Shown here in pieces: positions 1-11,042 of a DNA stretch of 64,000 nucleotides. The stretch covers positions 1,312,001 to 1,376,000 of the forward strand of contig JAXHNL010000002.1 in assembly GCA_034520565.1 (NCBI GenBank), read 5' to 3'. The notes beneath the pieces are model-generated. The model had not been told where the DNA came from, made no database searches, and saw only the letters and a program-made list of their open reading frames with translations. Within the stretch, counting starts at the first letter, position 1, and every line of letters begins with the position of its first letter. A program made the translations under genes and the position numbers. The DNA is from Halodesulfurarchaeum sp. GTDB lineage: Archaea; Halobacteriota; Halobacteria; Halobacteriales; Halobacteriaceae.

Positions 1-8
1 ACCCTACT

Positions 9-1929
9 ATGACTCAGGACGAACTCATCTGGCGAATCGCGGGCGGTTCCGGCGACGGAATCGACTCGACGAGCCAGAACTTCGCGAAGGCCCTGATGCG
101 GTCGGGCCTGCACGTCTTCACGCACCGACACTACCCGTCGCGGATCCGCGGCGGTCACACGTACGTCGAAGTACGGGCCAACGAAAAGCCGGTCACCTCC
201 CGCGGTGACGGCTTCAACTTCCTGTTGGCTCTGGGCGACAGTTTCGCCCGGAACCCGTCAGGAGGACGCCTACTACGGGGACGAGGAGAAAAAGCCGCTC
301 TTCGAAAACCTCGATGACCTCAACGAGGGCGGGGTCATCGTCTACGACAGCGGGCCTCATCGACGACGAAGACGTCTCGAGCGACCTCGACGAGCGCGCC
401 GCCGAGAACGACTGGCACGTCTACCCCATCGACCTCCGTTCGATCGCGACGCGAACACGGCCGGGACGTGATGCGAAACACGGCCGGCGTCGGCGCGACG
501 GCCGCCCTGCTCGACATGCCCCTCGATCCGATCGAGGAACTGATGGGCGAGGCGATGGGCGGCGAGGCGATGTCGAGCGCGAACCTCGAGATCCTCGACG
601 CGCGCCTACGAGCTGGTCACCGAGGAGATCGACCGGACCCACGACCTCCGGATTCCCGAACACGACCACGACGAGGAGCAGGTCCTGCTCTCGGGCAGTC
701 ACGCGATCGCCTACGGCGCGCTCGACGAGGGCTGTCGGTTCATCGCCGGCTACCCGATGACGCCGTGGACGGACGTGTTCACGATCATGTCCCAGAACCT
801 CGCCCGACGTTCGGCGGCATCGCCGAGCAGGTCGAGGACGAAATCGCGGCCTCGATGATGGCGATCGGCGCGAGTCACGCGGGCGCCAAATCGATGTCCG
901 GCTCCTCGGGCGGCGGGTTCTCGCTGATGTCCGAATCGATCGGCCTGGCGGAGATGACGGAGACGCCCCTCGTCCTGGTCGAAGCTCAACGATGCGGGCC
1001 GGTCCCTCGACGGGGATGCCGACGAAGACCGAACAGGCCGACCTCGAGCACGTCCTGCTACACGAGCCAGGGCGACTCCGAGCCGGGTGCGTCTTCGCGC
1101 CCGGAAACCATCGGGAGGCTTACGAACAGACCCGCCGGCATTCGAACTCGCCTACGAGTACCAGCTCCCGGCGATCGTTCTCTACGACGATCAACTCACC
1201 GGCGAGTTCCGAAACGTGCCCCGGAGCTTCTTCGATCAGCGAGCCCAACCCCCGATCTGGGATCGGTCGCTGACCGAGGAAGAACTGGCGGACTTGCCCC
1301 ACGGCGACGGCGGCCGCTACGAGCGGTTCAACACCGATCTCGATGCCGACGTGAACCCGCGGTCGTTGCCCGGGCAGCGCGGGGGTCGCTACCTTGCGAC
1401 CGGGAACGAACACTGGCCGAACGGGCAGATCTCTGAGGACACCCGGAACCGGATCAAGCAGGTCAATCGGCGCGTGAACAAGGTGCAGGTCCTCAAGGAG
1501 GACCTCGCAGACCGTCCATCCCAGGACACGTTTGCAGGTGACGAGGACGCCGACCTCGCCCTCCTGACCTGGGGCTCGCAGAAGGGTGTCGTCGAGGAGG
1601 TCGTCCGCCGACTGACCGACCAGGGGGTTCCGATCAAATCCCTCTCGGTCAGTCAGATGGCCCCACTCCGGACCGAGGAGATCGCTTCCTTCCTCGAGGG
1701 CGTCTCCGACGTGCTGGTGGTCGAGATGAACGCCACCGCGCAGTTCAAGGGTGTCATCCAACAGGAATTCGGGGACTACGGCGACCTTCTGGGCAGTTTC
1801 CTGAAGTACAACGGCGATCCGATCGAACCGGACGAACTGATCGAAGCCGTGGAGATCGTCCGGAACGACGAGGCCTGGGAGACCGCCTCTGAAACCGACC
1901 TTCGGCCCCCCGCAGGTGATCGAGCATGA
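9..1929 (+). CDS. porA: Pyruvate (2-oxoacid):ferredoxin oxidoreductase alpha subunit (gamma-alpha fusion), split by several frameshifts in the first ~1.15 kb
   Basis: N-terminus LIWRIAGGSGDGIDSTSQNFAKALMRSG. Other frames carry MRNTAGVG, EQVEDEIAA..MAIGAS, SGGGFSLMSE and VVEMNATAQF. Overlaps the beta subunit. Confidence 0.85.
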
Positions 1930-2861
1930 CCCAATTCAACGCCATCGGCGGCGGCGAGGACGTCACGGACGACGACTACACCCTCGAAGCGGAACCCCAG
2001 CCAACGTGGTGTCCGGGGTGTGGTGACTTCTCGGTCCTGCGTTCGCTCAAGGGGGCGATGGCCGATATCGGTCGGGATCCCGAAGAGATCCTCCTCGTCA
2101 CGGGGATCGGCTGTTCGGGCAAGCTCAACAGCTACTTCGACAGTTACGGATTCCACGCGATTCACGGTCGCACGCTGCCGCTCGGTCGAGCGGCCAAGAT
2201 GGTCAATCAGGACCTCGAGGTCATCGCAGCCGGCGGTGACGGCGACGGCTACGGGATCGGTGGGAACCACTTCACCCACACCGCCCGCGAGAACCACGAC
2301 ATGACCTACATCGTGTTCAACAACGAGGTCTTCGGGCTCACGAAGGGCCAGTCGGCACCGACCAGCCCAAAGGGCCACGTTTCGAAGACCCAGCTCAAGG
2401 GCGTTGCAAAGGATCCCGTTCGGCCCCTTTCGCTCGCGCTCTCTGCTGGTGCCTCGTACATCGCCCGGACCGCTGCGACGAACCCGAATCAGGCCCGCGA
2501 AATCCTCGCGGAAGCCGTCGAGCACGACGGCTTTGCCCACGTGGACTTCCTCACGCAGTGTCCGACCTGGAACAAGGACGGCGGCGAGTACGTCCCGTAC
2601 ATCGACGTCCAGGAGTCGGATGACTACGACTTCGACGTGACCGATCGGCGGGAGGCCGCCGAGATGATGCACGAGACCGAAACCCAGCTCTACGAGGGGA
2701 CGGTCCTCACCGGCCGCTACTACGTCGAGGAGGATCGGCGGACCTACCAGGAGGAAAAGCAGATGCGCGAGGAGATGCCCGAGAGCCCGGTCGTCGAACG
2801 GTACTTCGACGAGGACTACGAGTGGGAGCGCTCCTACGATCGGCTCGACCGCCACCTGTAG
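1926..2861 (+). CDS. porB: 2-oxoacid:ferredoxin oxidoreductase beta subunit (TPP-binding)
   Basis: WCPGCGD, GIGCS, HGR, GGDGDG..IGGNH and NN..FGLTKGQ motifs. Confidence 0.9.
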   Translation: MTQFNAIGGGEDVTDDDYTLEAEPQPTWCPGCGDFSVLRSLKGAMADIGRDPEEILLVTGIGCSGKLNSYFDSYGFHAIHGRTLPLGRAAKMVNQDLEVIAAGGDGDGYGIGGNHFTHTARENHDMTYIVFNNEVFGLTKGQSAPTSPKGHVSKTQLKGVAKDPVRPLSLALSAGASYIARTAATNPNQAREILAEAVEHDGFAHVDFLTQCPTWNKDGGEYVPYIDVQESDDYDFDVTDRREAAEMMHETETQLYEGTVLTGRYYVEEDRRTYQEEKQMREEMPESPVVERYFDEDYEWERSYDRLDRHL

Positions 2862-2956
2862 GCGACCGACCCGACTCGGTGATTACCCGCTTTCGGGAAT
2901 CGACAACAGTTTTCAGATTCGGAAGGTATTTTTTCCGCGATCCCAAAGGATTCTTC

Positions 2957-3385
2957 GTGACCGAGGCATCGACCAGGGACCGCATCCTCGCGGTGCTCGA
3001 GGCGGACGCGAACGCTTCCTACGGCGAGATCGCCGACCAGGTCGGCGTCTCGAAGCCGACGGTCCGGAAGTACGTCTCCCAGCTCGAGGACGAGGGCGTC
3101 ATTCTCGGCTATTCCGCGGAGGTCGATCCGAAGAAACTCTCCGAAACCTCGATCGCCCTCGTGGGATTCGACATCAAAAGCGAGTGTTACGTCGACGCCA
3201 TCGAGGCGTTGAAGGATCTGGATTCGGTCCGTTCGCTTCACACCGCGAGCGGCGACCATATGTTGATGGCCGAAATGCGCGCCGAGAGCGGCGACGCCTT
3301 GGCCGGCATCATTCAGGAATCGGTGATGTCGATCGACGGGATGGAAGAGGCGCATCCGACCTTTCTCCAGGAGCGGTTGAAGTAA
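2957..3385 (+). CDS. lrpA1: Lrp/AsnC family regulator (LrpA1-like)
   Basis: GTG start, N-terminal HTH (EIADQVGVSKPTVRKYV), SGDHMLM in the RAM domain. The por-lrp/aminotransferase context matches Halobacterium. Confidence 0.8.
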   Translation: MTEASTRDRILAVLEADANASYGEIADQVGVSKPTVRKYVSQLEDEGVILGYSAEVDPKKLSETSIALVGFDIKSECYVDAIEALKDLDSVRSLHTASGDHMLMAEMRAESGDALAGIIQESVMSIDGMEEAHPTFLQERLK

Positions 3386-3412
3386 CGATCTTCAGGAGCG
3401 GTTGAAGTAACG
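3368..3412 (+). repeat. 20-bp direct repeat with 25-bp period, duplicating the lrp stop region
   Basis: CAGGAGCGGTTGAAGTAACG at 3368-3387 and 3393-3412. Confidence 0.9.
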
Positions 3413-3434
3413 GCCGAGCATTCGCCTGGCCGAA

Positions 3435-4568
3435 TCAGCCGCTCAGATACGCCTTCAGTCGCCTGATCGCTTCCTCGATATTGTTCGTGCTGGCCGCGAA
3501 GGACGCCCGGAGCATGTGCTCTGTCTGCGTTCCGAAATCCGGGCCGGGTGTCAGGGCGACACCAGCGTCTTCGAGGAGCCGGTCGGCGACGTCGAACGCG
3601 TTACCGTCCAGGTCACTGACGTCGAGTAGCAGGTAGTACGCTCCGGCGGGCGTGTATCCCACGTCGAGATCCAGCTCTCGAACGCCCTCGAGCAACAGGT
3701 CTCGTCGTTCCCGGTACACCGACCGGATTTCCGCGAGTCCGTCTCCCTCCCTGATGGCCACTTCGGCTCCGTCCTGGACGTGGTTCGGCGCACAGATGAG
3801 GAAGTTCTGGACGAGCCGATTCAGCGCTTCGGTTTCCGCCGGCGGCGAGACGATCCAGCCCAAACGCCAGCCGGTCATTCCGTAGCGCTTCGAGACCCCG
3901 TCGAGGACGAACGCTTCGTCGGTGTATTCGAGGACCGAGTGAGCCTCGGCGTCGAAGTCGAGTCCGTGATAGATCTCGTCGGCGATCAACTGCGTGTCGT
4001 TCCGGGTGGCCAGGTTCGCGAGTCCCTCGATCGCGTCCGCGTCCATGACCGCTCCCGTCGGGTTCGCCGGTGAGTTGATCAACAGCCCCTGCGTGTCCCG
4101 ATCGACAGCGGCCTCGAAGTCAGCGAGATCGGGCTGAAACCCGTTCTCCGGGCGGAGATCGACCGTCGTCGTCAGACCCTCGGCCTGCCGGACGAAGTTC
4201 GGATACGGGGCGTAGTAGGGGTCGGTGAGCACGACCTCGTCCCCTGGGTCGACCACGTCGAGCATCACCATCAGGAGGGCCGGCGAGGAGCCGGGCGTGA
4301 CGTGAATGCGCTCGATCGGAACGTCCACGCCGTACTCGCGGTCGTAATACGCGGAGATGGCCTCCCTGAGACTCGTCTTGCCGCGGGCGTTCGTGTAATT
4401 CACGCTCCCACTGGCGAGCGAGTCGATGGCGGCCTCGGTCGCGACTGCCGGCGGCTCGAAATCGGGTTCCCCGACCGAGAGGTCGACGACGTCGTCCAGT
4501 TGTTCGGCCTTCTCGAGGACGTCCATGGCCGCAAAGGGCGTCGTCTCCATCGCTCGCTTCGAAGGCAT
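3435..4568 (-). CDS. Class I PLP-dependent aminotransferase (aspartate aminotransferase-like)
   Basis: LSVGEPDF, NSPANPTG, DEIY, SKRYGMTGWRLG. Confidence 0.9.
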   Translation of the reverse strand: MPSKRAMETTPFAAMDVLEKAEQLDDVVDLSVGEPDFEPPAVATEAAIDSLASGSVNYTNARGKTSLREAISAYYDREYGVDVPIERIHVTPGSSPALLMVMLDVVDPGDEVVLTDPYYAPYPNFVRQAEGLTTTVDLRPENGFQPDLADFEAAVDRDTQGLLINSPANPTGAVMDADAIEGLANLATRNDTQLIADEIYHGLDFDAEAHSVLEYTDEAFVLDGVSKRYGMTGWRLGWIVSPPAETEALNRLVQNFLICAPNHVQDGAEVAIREGDGLAEIRSVYRERRDLLLEGVRELDLDVGYTPAGAYYLLLDVSDLDGNAFDVADRLLEDAGVALTPGPDFGTQTEHMLRASFAASTNNIEEAIRRLKAYLSG

Positions 4569-4657
4569 AACCGATCCGAAGACCGCCCCGCATATAGGTT
4601 CGCCGTCATCCGTTTGGGCCACGGGAACGTGGTCCGGCTGGCTCCCTGCTCGGCGGG

Positions 4658-5482
4658 CTAGTCGGGAAGCGCGAGGCCCGGATACCAGTGTTCGACGCCG
4701 GCCTCTGCTTTCTTTCGATCCATTTTCGCGAGCAGTTGGACCGCCAGTGTGGCCGTTTCCGCGGCCCGATCATCGCCTTCCGTGCGGAACTCGCCGGTCT
4801 CCCGGTTGGCATAGACCGAACAGATCGCCCCGGTCCGCAGGCCGTAAAGGGATCCGAGGGTGAGAATCGCGCTTGCCTCCATCTCGATGTTCTTCACGTT
4901 TGCCTCCCGCAACTCCTCGACCAGCGTGTCGCTCCCCGCTGCCTCGAACCCCTCGAACCCCGCCCGACCCTGTCCGGCGTAGAAACTGTCTGCGCTCATG
5001 GTCACGCCGACGTGGTAGGTATAACCTAGCCGCTCGGCGGCCGCAATGAGGGCCCCCGTTACCTCCCGGTCGGCCACGGCGGGATAATCTTCGCGGACGT
5101 ACTCGTCGCTGGTGCCTTCCTGTCTCACCGCGCCGGTCGTGATGACCAGATCGCCGATGTCCATCTCCGGCTGGATGGCGCCGGTCGATCCGACCCGGAT
5201 GAACGTGTTGGCACCGGTGCGGGCGAGTTCCTCGATGGCGATCGCCGCGCCCGGGGCGCCGATCCCGGTCGAGGTGACCGAAATCGGCGTCTCGTCGACG
5301 GCCCCGGTGACCGTCCGGTATTCGCGATGGAACCCTCGCTCTTCGGCGTCATCCCAGAATCCCGTGATCGTCTCGATCCGGTCGGGGTTTCCGGGTAAGA
5401 GGACGGTGTCGGCCAGATCGTCGGGTCCGACCCCGATATGATACTGCACGTCGTCGCTCGGGTCCTCGCTGGTTTTCGTCAT
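4658..5482 (-). CDS. udp: Uridine/nucleoside phosphorylase
   Basis: QYHIG, LLPGNPDR, STGIG.P, IRVGSTG, NIEMEAS. Confidence 0.85.
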   Translation of the reverse strand: MTKTSEDPSDDVQYHIGVGPDDLADTVLLPGNPDRIETITGFWDDAEERGFHREYRTVTGAVDETPISVTSTGIGAPGAAIAIEELARTGANTFIRVGSTGAIQPEMDIGDLVITTGAVRQEGTSDEYVREDYPAVADREVTGALIAAAERLGYTYHVGVTMSADSFYAGQGRAGFEGFEAAGSDTLVEELREANVKNIEMEASAILTLGSLYGLRTGAICSVYANRETGEFRTEGDDRAAETATLAVQLLAKMDRKKAEAGVEHWYPGLALPD

Positions 5483-5531
5483 GGCTCACCCAAGGCAGAG
5501 GGACGGCAAAACCCTTGGCCCACAGCGTTCG

Positions 5532-5936
5532 TCATTCCTGGTTCGTATGGTCGTGGATCTGCTCGCCGGTGAAGGCGTGGGGTAGGAGGTCGGTCAATCG
5601 GTGTGATTCGGGGCCATCGGGATGGTCGACCAGTACCTCGAAATCCCCGTCTGCGAACTCTGCGAGGGTCTGTCGACACATGCCACAGGGAGTTACACCG
5701 TCATTTGCGTCAGAGGCGACCGCGATCCGCTCGAAGTCACGGTGACCCTCCATGACCGCCCGCGCCAGGGCGACTTCCTCGGCGTGCAAGCTGTTCGAGT
5801 AGTTCGCGATCTCGATGTTTGCCCCGGTGTAGACCGACCCATCGACCGTTTCGATGGCTGCGCCGACGGCGTACTCCGAGTACGGAACGACGGCTCTGGA
5901 ACGGGCCCTTCGGGCCGCGTCGAGAAGTTCGTCCAT
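5532..5936 (-). CDS. cdd: Cytidine deaminase
   Basis: PYS.Y.VGAA, GANIE, HAE and PCGMCRQ zinc motifs (C-terminal part of ORF 5532..6713). Confidence 0.9.
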   Translation of the reverse strand: MDELLDAARRARSRAVVPYSEYAVGAAIETVDGSVYTGANIEIANYSNSLHAEEVALARAVMEGHRDFERIAVASDANDGVTPCGMCRQTLAEFADGDFEVLVDHPDGPESHRLTDLLPHAFTGEQIHDHTNQE

Positions 5937-5965
5937 GAAGACGGATGGATCCCCGGGGTGAAAAA

Positions 5966-7044
5966 TCACTCCTCGCCGGATTCGTAATGCTCGCCGGCAG
6001 CCTCTGGGAGTCGCGTGTGACCGACCAGGGCCAGCACGATGACGACGGTAATGTAGGGAATCGTTCGGACCAGCGACTGGGGAATCGCGAAGACGTCCCC
6101 GACCTGCAGGGCGATCTGCACGGCCTCGAGGCCCGCGAACAGCAGGGTCGAGAGCATCGCTCCGATCGGATTGTAGTTGCCAAAGAGGTAGGCGACAATG
6201 GCGATGAACCCCTTCCCGTTGACCATCGTCGCGCCGTTTCCGATGAACTGGCCGAGCGAGAGCGAGAGGGCTGCGCCCCCGATTCCCGAGAGCACGCCGG
6301 ACAGGAGCACGGCTACGTACCGGACGCGACTCACGTTCACGCCGGCGGTATCGAGTGCTTTCGGGTTCTCCCCGCTCGCGATCACCCACCGACCGAACGA
6401 GGTTCGATTGAGGGTGTACCACGAGGCGGCGACCGCCACGAACATGAGGTAGACGATTGGCGAGGCGTCGAAGAGCGCGCCGAAAAAGGGAATCTCCGAG
6501 AGAAGCGGGATCGTGATGGTGCCCAACGACTCGACGCTGTCCGTGTTCGGTCCGTTGTAGATGACCTGGGAGAGGAACGGCGCCAGTCCCAGCGCGATGA
6601 GCCAGACGGCCAGCCCGGCGATGATCTGGTCGGCCTTGAATTCGATGCAGACGACCCCGAACAGCCCGGCCAGCAACGTCGAGGCGAGCACCCCGGTCCC
6701 CATGCCGACCCACACGTTGCCGGTGACGTCCGTCGGCGTACGATGCCGAAGAATGCGGCGATGATCAGGAGCCCCTCGAGTCCGATGTTAATGACGCCGC
6801 TCTTTTCGGCAAAGATTCCGCCGAGAGCCGCGAACGCGATCGGCACCGAGAGGCGCAGTGCGGAGGAAAAGGTGCTCTTCGAGGTCAAGATGTCAAAGAG
6901 GGCAGCGAGGTTCGACCCGGGATAGAGTACGCCGATCAGTCCGAGGAGGGCGAGTAGGAGGACCGTCACGAGCGCCACGTATCCCCGGATACCGAGAGAC
7001 TGGAACCGCTCGATCGACTGGCGGACGTCGATTCGGTCAGTCAT
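5966..7044 (-). CDS. Nucleoside/sugar ABC transporter permease 2 (frameshift near 6735-6741)
   Basis: EKSGVINIGLEG in ORF 6382..7044 continues as GENP.ALDTAGVNV in ORF 5966..6715. Confidence 0.85.
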
Positions 7045-8314
7045 CGCCGCTCACCTCGGATCGTTTCGTCTCCGTCGGGGGTTCCAGTCGGCCGTCGGGA
7101 ACCACGCGTTTGCCGATCATGCGGAAGAATTCGGGCATGGCGACGAACAGGATGATCAACCCACGAAGAACGCCGACGAGCTGGGGTGGGACGTCGGTGC
7201 CGACGTCCACCACCACGGAGCCGCTCTTGAGTACACCGAAGAGCAGGCCAGCAAAGCCGACCCCCAGCGGGTTGTTTCCGGCCAGGATCGAGACGGTGAT
7301 CCCATCGAACCCGTAGCTCGGGACCCCCGTCTGGAAGTTTCCGAGCACCATGAGCACGTAGACGGCCCCGCCGACACCCGCCAACGCCCCGGAGAGCACC
7401 ATGCCGGTGAGGATCGTCCGTTCAGCGTTTACGCCACCGTACTCGGCGGCGTCCGGCTGGATGCCGCTCGTGCGGATGTCATAGCCGAGGGCGGTGTGGT
7501 TCAAGAGATACCAGATGGCAACCAATGTGAGGACGGCGACGATCAGGGCGATGATGGAGAAATCGTCCCGCGCTTCGAAGATCACGTTCGGGAAGAGGGC
7601 ATGGTCAGGAAGCGAAATCGTCTGGTTGGCGAAACTTTCCGGGTCTTTGAAATGATTTGCCACCAGGTACAGGGCGACCGACGTGGCGACGAAGTTGAGC
7701 ATGATCGTCGTGATCACCTCGTTCGCCTCGAGGTACGCCAGGAGTGCCCCCGGGATTGCCGCGAAGGCCCCGCCTGCGAGCGCGCCGACGAACAGTCCGA
7801 TGGTGAGGAGTACGATGGTTCCGAAGGCGCCGGTGACATGCGGTGCGAGTGGCAGCAACACGAGTGCTGTCGCCAGCGCGCCGACGACGAGCTGACCCTG
7901 GGCCCCGATGTTGAAGATCCCCGCCCGAAACGCGATTGCGACCGCGACGCCGGCGAAGATGAGGATCGTCGTCTCCGCGAAGGTGGTCGCGAGCTGGCCG
8001 TTGAGCGGGTCGAATCCCGGTCGAATGATCCAGGCGAACTCGCCCTGGAGTGGCTTGAACGCCGGGTTGATGGGATCGCCGAACGCGCCGAAAAAGAGCT
8101 TGTCGAAGACGGCAAGCGGACTGTAAGCAAAGTCATAGCCCAGAATCGTCCACGCCGGATCCTCGGTCTCTGCCAGCAGCCCCGCAAAGAGGATGAGCAC
8201 CGTGCCGACGAGAATCGAGAGAACGAGTGCCGCCAAACTGATCAGAATGCGTTCGGTTCCCGAGGAGCGACGGAGCCGAGCGAGCAGGTCGAGGGCCCAA
8301 TCGGGGAGATTCAT
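7037..8314 (-). CDS. Nucleoside/sugar ABC transporter permease 1
   Basis: FRAGIFNIGAQGQ, NEVITTIMLNF, GFDGITVSIL. Confidence 0.9.
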   Translation of the reverse strand: MNLPDWALDLLARLRRSSGTERILISLAALVLSILVGTVLILFAGLLAETEDPAWTILGYDFAYSPLAVFDKLFFGAFGDPINPAFKPLQGEFAWIIRPGFDPLNGQLATTFAETTILIFAGVAVAIAFRAGIFNIGAQGQLVVGALATALVLLPLAPHVTGAFGTIVLLTIGLFVGALAGGAFAAIPGALLAYLEANEVITTIMLNFVATSVALYLVANHFKDPESFANQTISLPDHALFPNVIFEARDDFSIIALIVAVLTLVAIWYLLNHTALGYDIRTSGIQPDAAEYGGVNAERTILTGMVLSGALAGVGGAVYVLMVLGNFQTGVPSYGFDGITVSILAGNNPLGVGFAGLLFGVLKSGSVVVDVGTDVPPQLVGVLRGLIILFVAMPEFFRMIGKRVVPDGRLEPPTETKRSEVSGDD

Positions 8315-9873
8315 TCCCGCACCTCCGCGTCGAGCGAACGATCGGCCGCGTCGAAGTCGGTCGGTTCTTCGCCCGCCATGAGCAGTCCGAGTTCCTCATC
8401 GGAAACCGCGTCCGGATCCACGACGGCTACGAGTTCGCCCTCGTACATCACGGCGAGTCGGTCCGAGAGCGCCTGCACCTCGTCGAGTTTCGAGGAAACC
8501 AGCAGGACGCCGGTTCCCTCCTCCCGGAGTTCGACCAGTCGGTCGTGGATGTACTCCGTCGAGCCGACGTCCACGCCACGAGTCGGATGCGTCGCCATCA
8601 TCAGCCGCGGGTTTCGTTGGAACTCCCGGCCGACGATGAACTTCTGCTGGTTGCCGCCGGAAAGCGAAACGGCGGTCACGTCCGTTTGGCCGGGACGGAC
8701 GTCGAACTCCTCGACGATGGTGTCGGCGTGCGTGCGGGCTGCCCCCCAGTCGAGGCGACCGCCATTGCCGAACGGCCGGGAGTGTTGGCTGCCGAGGATG
8801 CCGTTTTCGACGAGGTCGAAGTCCATGACGAGTCCCCGCTCCTGGCGATCTTCCGGGATGTAGGCCATCCCCTGCTTGATGCGGTCGAGGCGACTCCAAC
8901 CGGTCACCGTTTCACCACTGAGACGAACCGTCCCCGATTCGGCGGTTCGAAGCCCGGTGATCGCCTCGACGAGTTCCGCCTGTCCGTTCCCGTCGACGCC
9001 GGCGATTCCGAGGATCTCGCCCTCCCGAACGGTGAGCGAGAGATCGGAGACGGCCGTCACCCCGCGGTCGTTTTCCACCGTGAGATTTGCCACGCCGAGG
9101 ATCGGATCACCCGGGGTCACCGGCGGTTTCTCGACTTTCATCAACACCTCGCGGCCGACCATCATTTCCGCGAGGGACTCGCGATCGGCCGCTTCGCCGG
9201 CGACCGTGCCCACGTTTTTCCCGTCCCGGAGGACGGTGATCCTGTCTGCTGCCTCCATGGCTTCGCCGAGCTTGTGCGTGATGAAAATGATCGTTTTGCC
9301 CTGGGCGGTCAACTCCTCGAAGACGGCGAACAGCTCCTCGACCTCCTGGGGCGTGAGCACCGCAGTCGGTTCGTCCATGATCAGGATTTCCGCCCCGCGA
9401 TAGAGCGCCTTCAGGATCTCGACGCGCTGCCTGACGCCCACGCTCACCTCCTCTATTCTGGCGTCCGGATCGACGGCGAATCCGTACTGTTCGCGGAGCG
9501 AGACGACTGCCTCACGGGCGCGTTTCTCGTCGACCAGCAATCCTCCCCACTTCCGCGGCTCGTTCCCGAGGACGATGTTTTCGGTGACCGTCATCGGGCC
9601 GACGAGCATGAAATGCTGGTGGATCATTCCGATGCCCGCCTCGATGGCCTCTCTCGGGGAATCGAAGTCCCGCTCAGTTCCGCTGACGGTCACCGTCCCG
9701 TCGGTCGGCTCGTACAGGCCGTACAGAATATTCATCAACGTCGTCTTCCCGGCCCCGTTCTCGCCGAGGAGCGCGTGGACGGACCCGCGTTCGACGGAGA
9801 GGTCGATGTCGTCGTTGGCGAGGACGCCGGGAAACTGCTTCGTGATTCCCGACAGCCGGACGGCTGGCTCCAT
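8311..9873 (-). CDS. ABC transporter ATP-binding protein with two NBDs (CUT2 type)
   Basis: GENGAGKT, DEPT, LSGGNQQK. Confidence 0.93.
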   Translation of the reverse strand: MEPAVRLSGITKQFPGVLANDDIDLSVERGSVHALLGENGAGKTTLMNILYGLYEPTDGTVTVSGTERDFDSPREAIEAGIGMIHQHFMLVGPMTVTENIVLGNEPRKWGGLLVDEKRAREAVVSLREQYGFAVDPDARIEEVSVGVRQRVEILKALYRGAEILIMDEPTAVLTPQEVEELFAVFEELTAQGKTIIFITHKLGEAMEAADRITVLRDGKNVGTVAGEAADRESLAEMMVGREVLMKVEKPPVTPGDPILGVANLTVENDRGVTAVSDLSLTVREGEILGIAGVDGNGQAELVEAITGLRTAESGTVRLSGETVTGWSRLDRIKQGMAYIPEDRQERGLVMDFDLVENGILGSQHSRPFGNGGRLDWGAARTHADTIVEEFDVRPGQTDVTAVSLSGGNQQKFIVGREFQRNPRLMMATHPTRGVDVGSTEYIHDRLVELREEGTGVLLVSSKLDEVQALSDRLAVMYEGELVAVVDPDAVSDEELGLLMAGEEPTDFDAADRSLDAEVRE

Positions 9874-9885
9874 TTTGTGCCGTCG

Positions 9886-10959
9886 TTAGGCGTTATCGGG
9901 ATCGGTTGGGACGCTGATGTCTCCTGCGATGATCGACTCTCGGGCGTCGGCGACTTCGTCTTTGACCTCCTGGGGAATCTCCGATCCCAGGTCAGTCCCG
10001 TAAACGGCTTCGATACCGCTGTCCTGTAACCCGAGCTGGTTCAACGAGCCCTCGAAATTGCCTTCGACGACGGATTCGACGCCAGTGTACACAGCCGTGT
10101 CGACGCGCTTGACCATGCTCGCGAGAATCACGTCGGCGTAACTGGATTTGGTGACCGACTGGTCCCGGTCGACGCCGATGGCGAACCGCCCCTCGCTCTG
10201 GGCGGCCTCGAAGACGCCCGTCCCGGTGTTCCCCGAGGCGTGATAGACGATATCGCTTCCGGACTCGTACATCGCGATCGCCGTCTCCTCGCCGCTGGAG
10301 GGTTCGTTGAACGATCCAACGTAGGAGGACTGGACCTCGATCTCCTCGTCGACTGACTTGACGCCCGCGATAAAACCGGCCTCGAACTTGCCGATGAGGT
10401 CGCCCTCGACTCCGCCGACGAAGCCGACCGATTTCTGGTCCGGATCCGTGCTTCCGCCGCCCGCACTGAAGTCTCGGGTCGTCAACAATGCGGCTAGCTT
10501 CCCGACGAGATACGACCCCTCGTGTTCTGCAAAGACGAACGAGGCGACGTTGTCGGCGTCGACGACGCTGTCGACGATCATGAAGTTCTGATCGGGATAT
10601 TCCGAAGCCGTTCCCGAAAGCGAGTCCGCCTGAAGATACCCGATCGCCGGAATCAGATCGTAGTCCGGATCCGTCGACTCGGCGAACTGGCTCTGATAAT
10701 CGCTGAACTGTGAGACTTCCTCCGGCTGGGCCTCGTCGTAGGCGAGGTCGAAATCCTCGGCTGCCTGGATGATTCCCTGCTGGGCCTGGTCGTTGAACGA
10801 TCCGTCGCCGAGGCCTCCAGTCGCATACACCATTCCGACGTTGTATCCGGCTCCTTCCTCCGTTTCGCCCCCGCCGGAACACCCGGCCAACGCGCTGAGT
10901 GATGTTGCGCCGATGCCACCGGCCACCTTGAGAAACGTTCGCCGATCGAAGGTACCCAT
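9886..10959 (-). CDS. BMP-family substrate-binding lipoprotein, Tat-exported
   Basis: DRRTFLK twin-arginine motif, LAGC lipobox, GGLGDGSFN, IGVDRDQ, SMVKRVD. Confidence 0.9.
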   Translation of the reverse strand: MGTFDRRTFLKVAGGIGATSLSALAGCSGGGETEEGAGYNVGMVYATGGLGDGSFNDQAQQGIIQAAEDFDLAYDEAQPEEVSQFSDYQSQFAESTDPDYDLIPAIGYLQADSLSGTASEYPDQNFMIVDSVVDADNVASFVFAEHEGSYLVGKLAALLTTRDFSAGGGSTDPDQKSVGFVGGVEGDLIGKFEAGFIAGVKSVDEEIEVQSSYVGSFNEPSSGEETAIAMYESGSDIVYHASGNTGTGVFEAAQSEGRFAIGVDRDQSVTKSSYADVILASMVKRVDTAVYTGVESVVEGNFEGSLNQLGLQDSGIEAVYGTDLGSEIPQEVKDEVADARESIIAGDISVPTDPDNA

Positions 10960-11042
10960 ATCTTCACAGGGTACGTGGCTGTGAAATAAAGGCGTCGAAT
11001 AATCGCTCGGAAACCCGTTTGGGACCGGCTGGGTAAGTCCCG

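Noticed and set aside
9-1150. Multiple frameshifts in porA suggesting a pseudogene or programmed frameshifting
   Set aside because: The indels cluster at the window start with motifs otherwise intact, which fits low-quality consensus better than biology.
6715-6760. Split ABC permease
   Set aside because: Both halves are intact and a local indel restores one gene; likely a sequencing error.
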